Positions 63,701 through 64,000 of a stretch of 64,000 nucleotides of DNA are shown here, in pieces (positions within the stretch are counted from its first letter, which is position 1; the number at the start of each line of letters is the position of its first letter). The notes beneath the pieces are model-generated. The model was not told where the DNA came from. It worked only from the letters and a program-made list of their open reading frames with translations, and did no database searches. The DNA is from Ignavibacteriota bacterium. Its GTDB lineage: Bacteria > Bacteroidota > Ignavibacteria > Palsa-1295. Location of the stretch: positions 1,854,477 to 1,918,476 of the forward strand of contig CAWBEI010000002.1 of the NCBI GenBank assembly GCA_963787835.1, written 5' to 3'. A program made the position numbers and the translations under genes.

Positions 63701-64000
63701 CGGCGATCGGCTTGGATATGCCGAGGTTCTTCGGGACGTCCTCGAGGCGCGGCGGCTCGGTGAACAGGTGACCGGTCATGATCGCCTGCAGCGTGTCGCC
63801 GAGGAACGGCGTCTTGCCGGCGAACATCTCGTACGCGCGATCATGCCGATCGCGTAGATGTCGTGCGGAGATCGATGTCCTTGCTGCCGGTTGATCTGCT
63901 CGGGGCGACATGCCACTCGGCGTGCCCATGATCGGACAGAGCCCGTGCGCGTCAGCTTTCCTTCAAAGTGCCTTGCCTATGCAGCTTCGCGATGCCGAAG
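60717..64000 (-). CDS. Ser/Thr kinase - TM - HEAT-repeat protein, heavily frameshifted, 5' end outside window
   Basis: FGIAKL at the window end, MGTP, AYEMFAGKTPF, RMLVKD...RY; then a Pro-rich linker and many HEAT/PBS-like repeats (VR..AA.ALG.I). Confidence 0.75.

Overview
High-GC bacterial DNA with myxobacterial hallmarks (a MYXO-CTERM-like sorting tail, Myxococcus Cys-rich repeats, large Ser/Thr kinases), so most likely Myxococcota (inference). Many single-base indels, densest near the right end, split genes and look like long-read errors. In order, the window holds: a reductive pyrimidine catabolism cluster (divergent mmsA, a plant-PYD1-like preA with no preT or Fe-S tail, beta-ureidopropionase, hydA); a Baeyer-Villiger monooxygenase with a palindromic operator; and a complete chemosensory operon (cheW-MCP-cheR/STAS-cheA/REC-[3xREC-adenylate cyclase]-cheB) whose in-operon output is a class III cyclase. 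It continues with a thiolase/carotenoid oxygenase pair; an IS110 element whose bridge-RNA target and donor guides can be read and matched to its own junctions; and a catalase-like/kinase/DyP-partner/DyP cluster. The rest is housekeeping and hypothetical genes, a 42-bp hairpin tandem array upstream of an orphan helical protein, a lipoprotein with a PEP-synthase ATP-grasp domain, and a coupled kinase-HEAT / Cys-repeat / Ig-repeat surface-protein operon. All calls rest on motif recognition by eye; no database searches were run.
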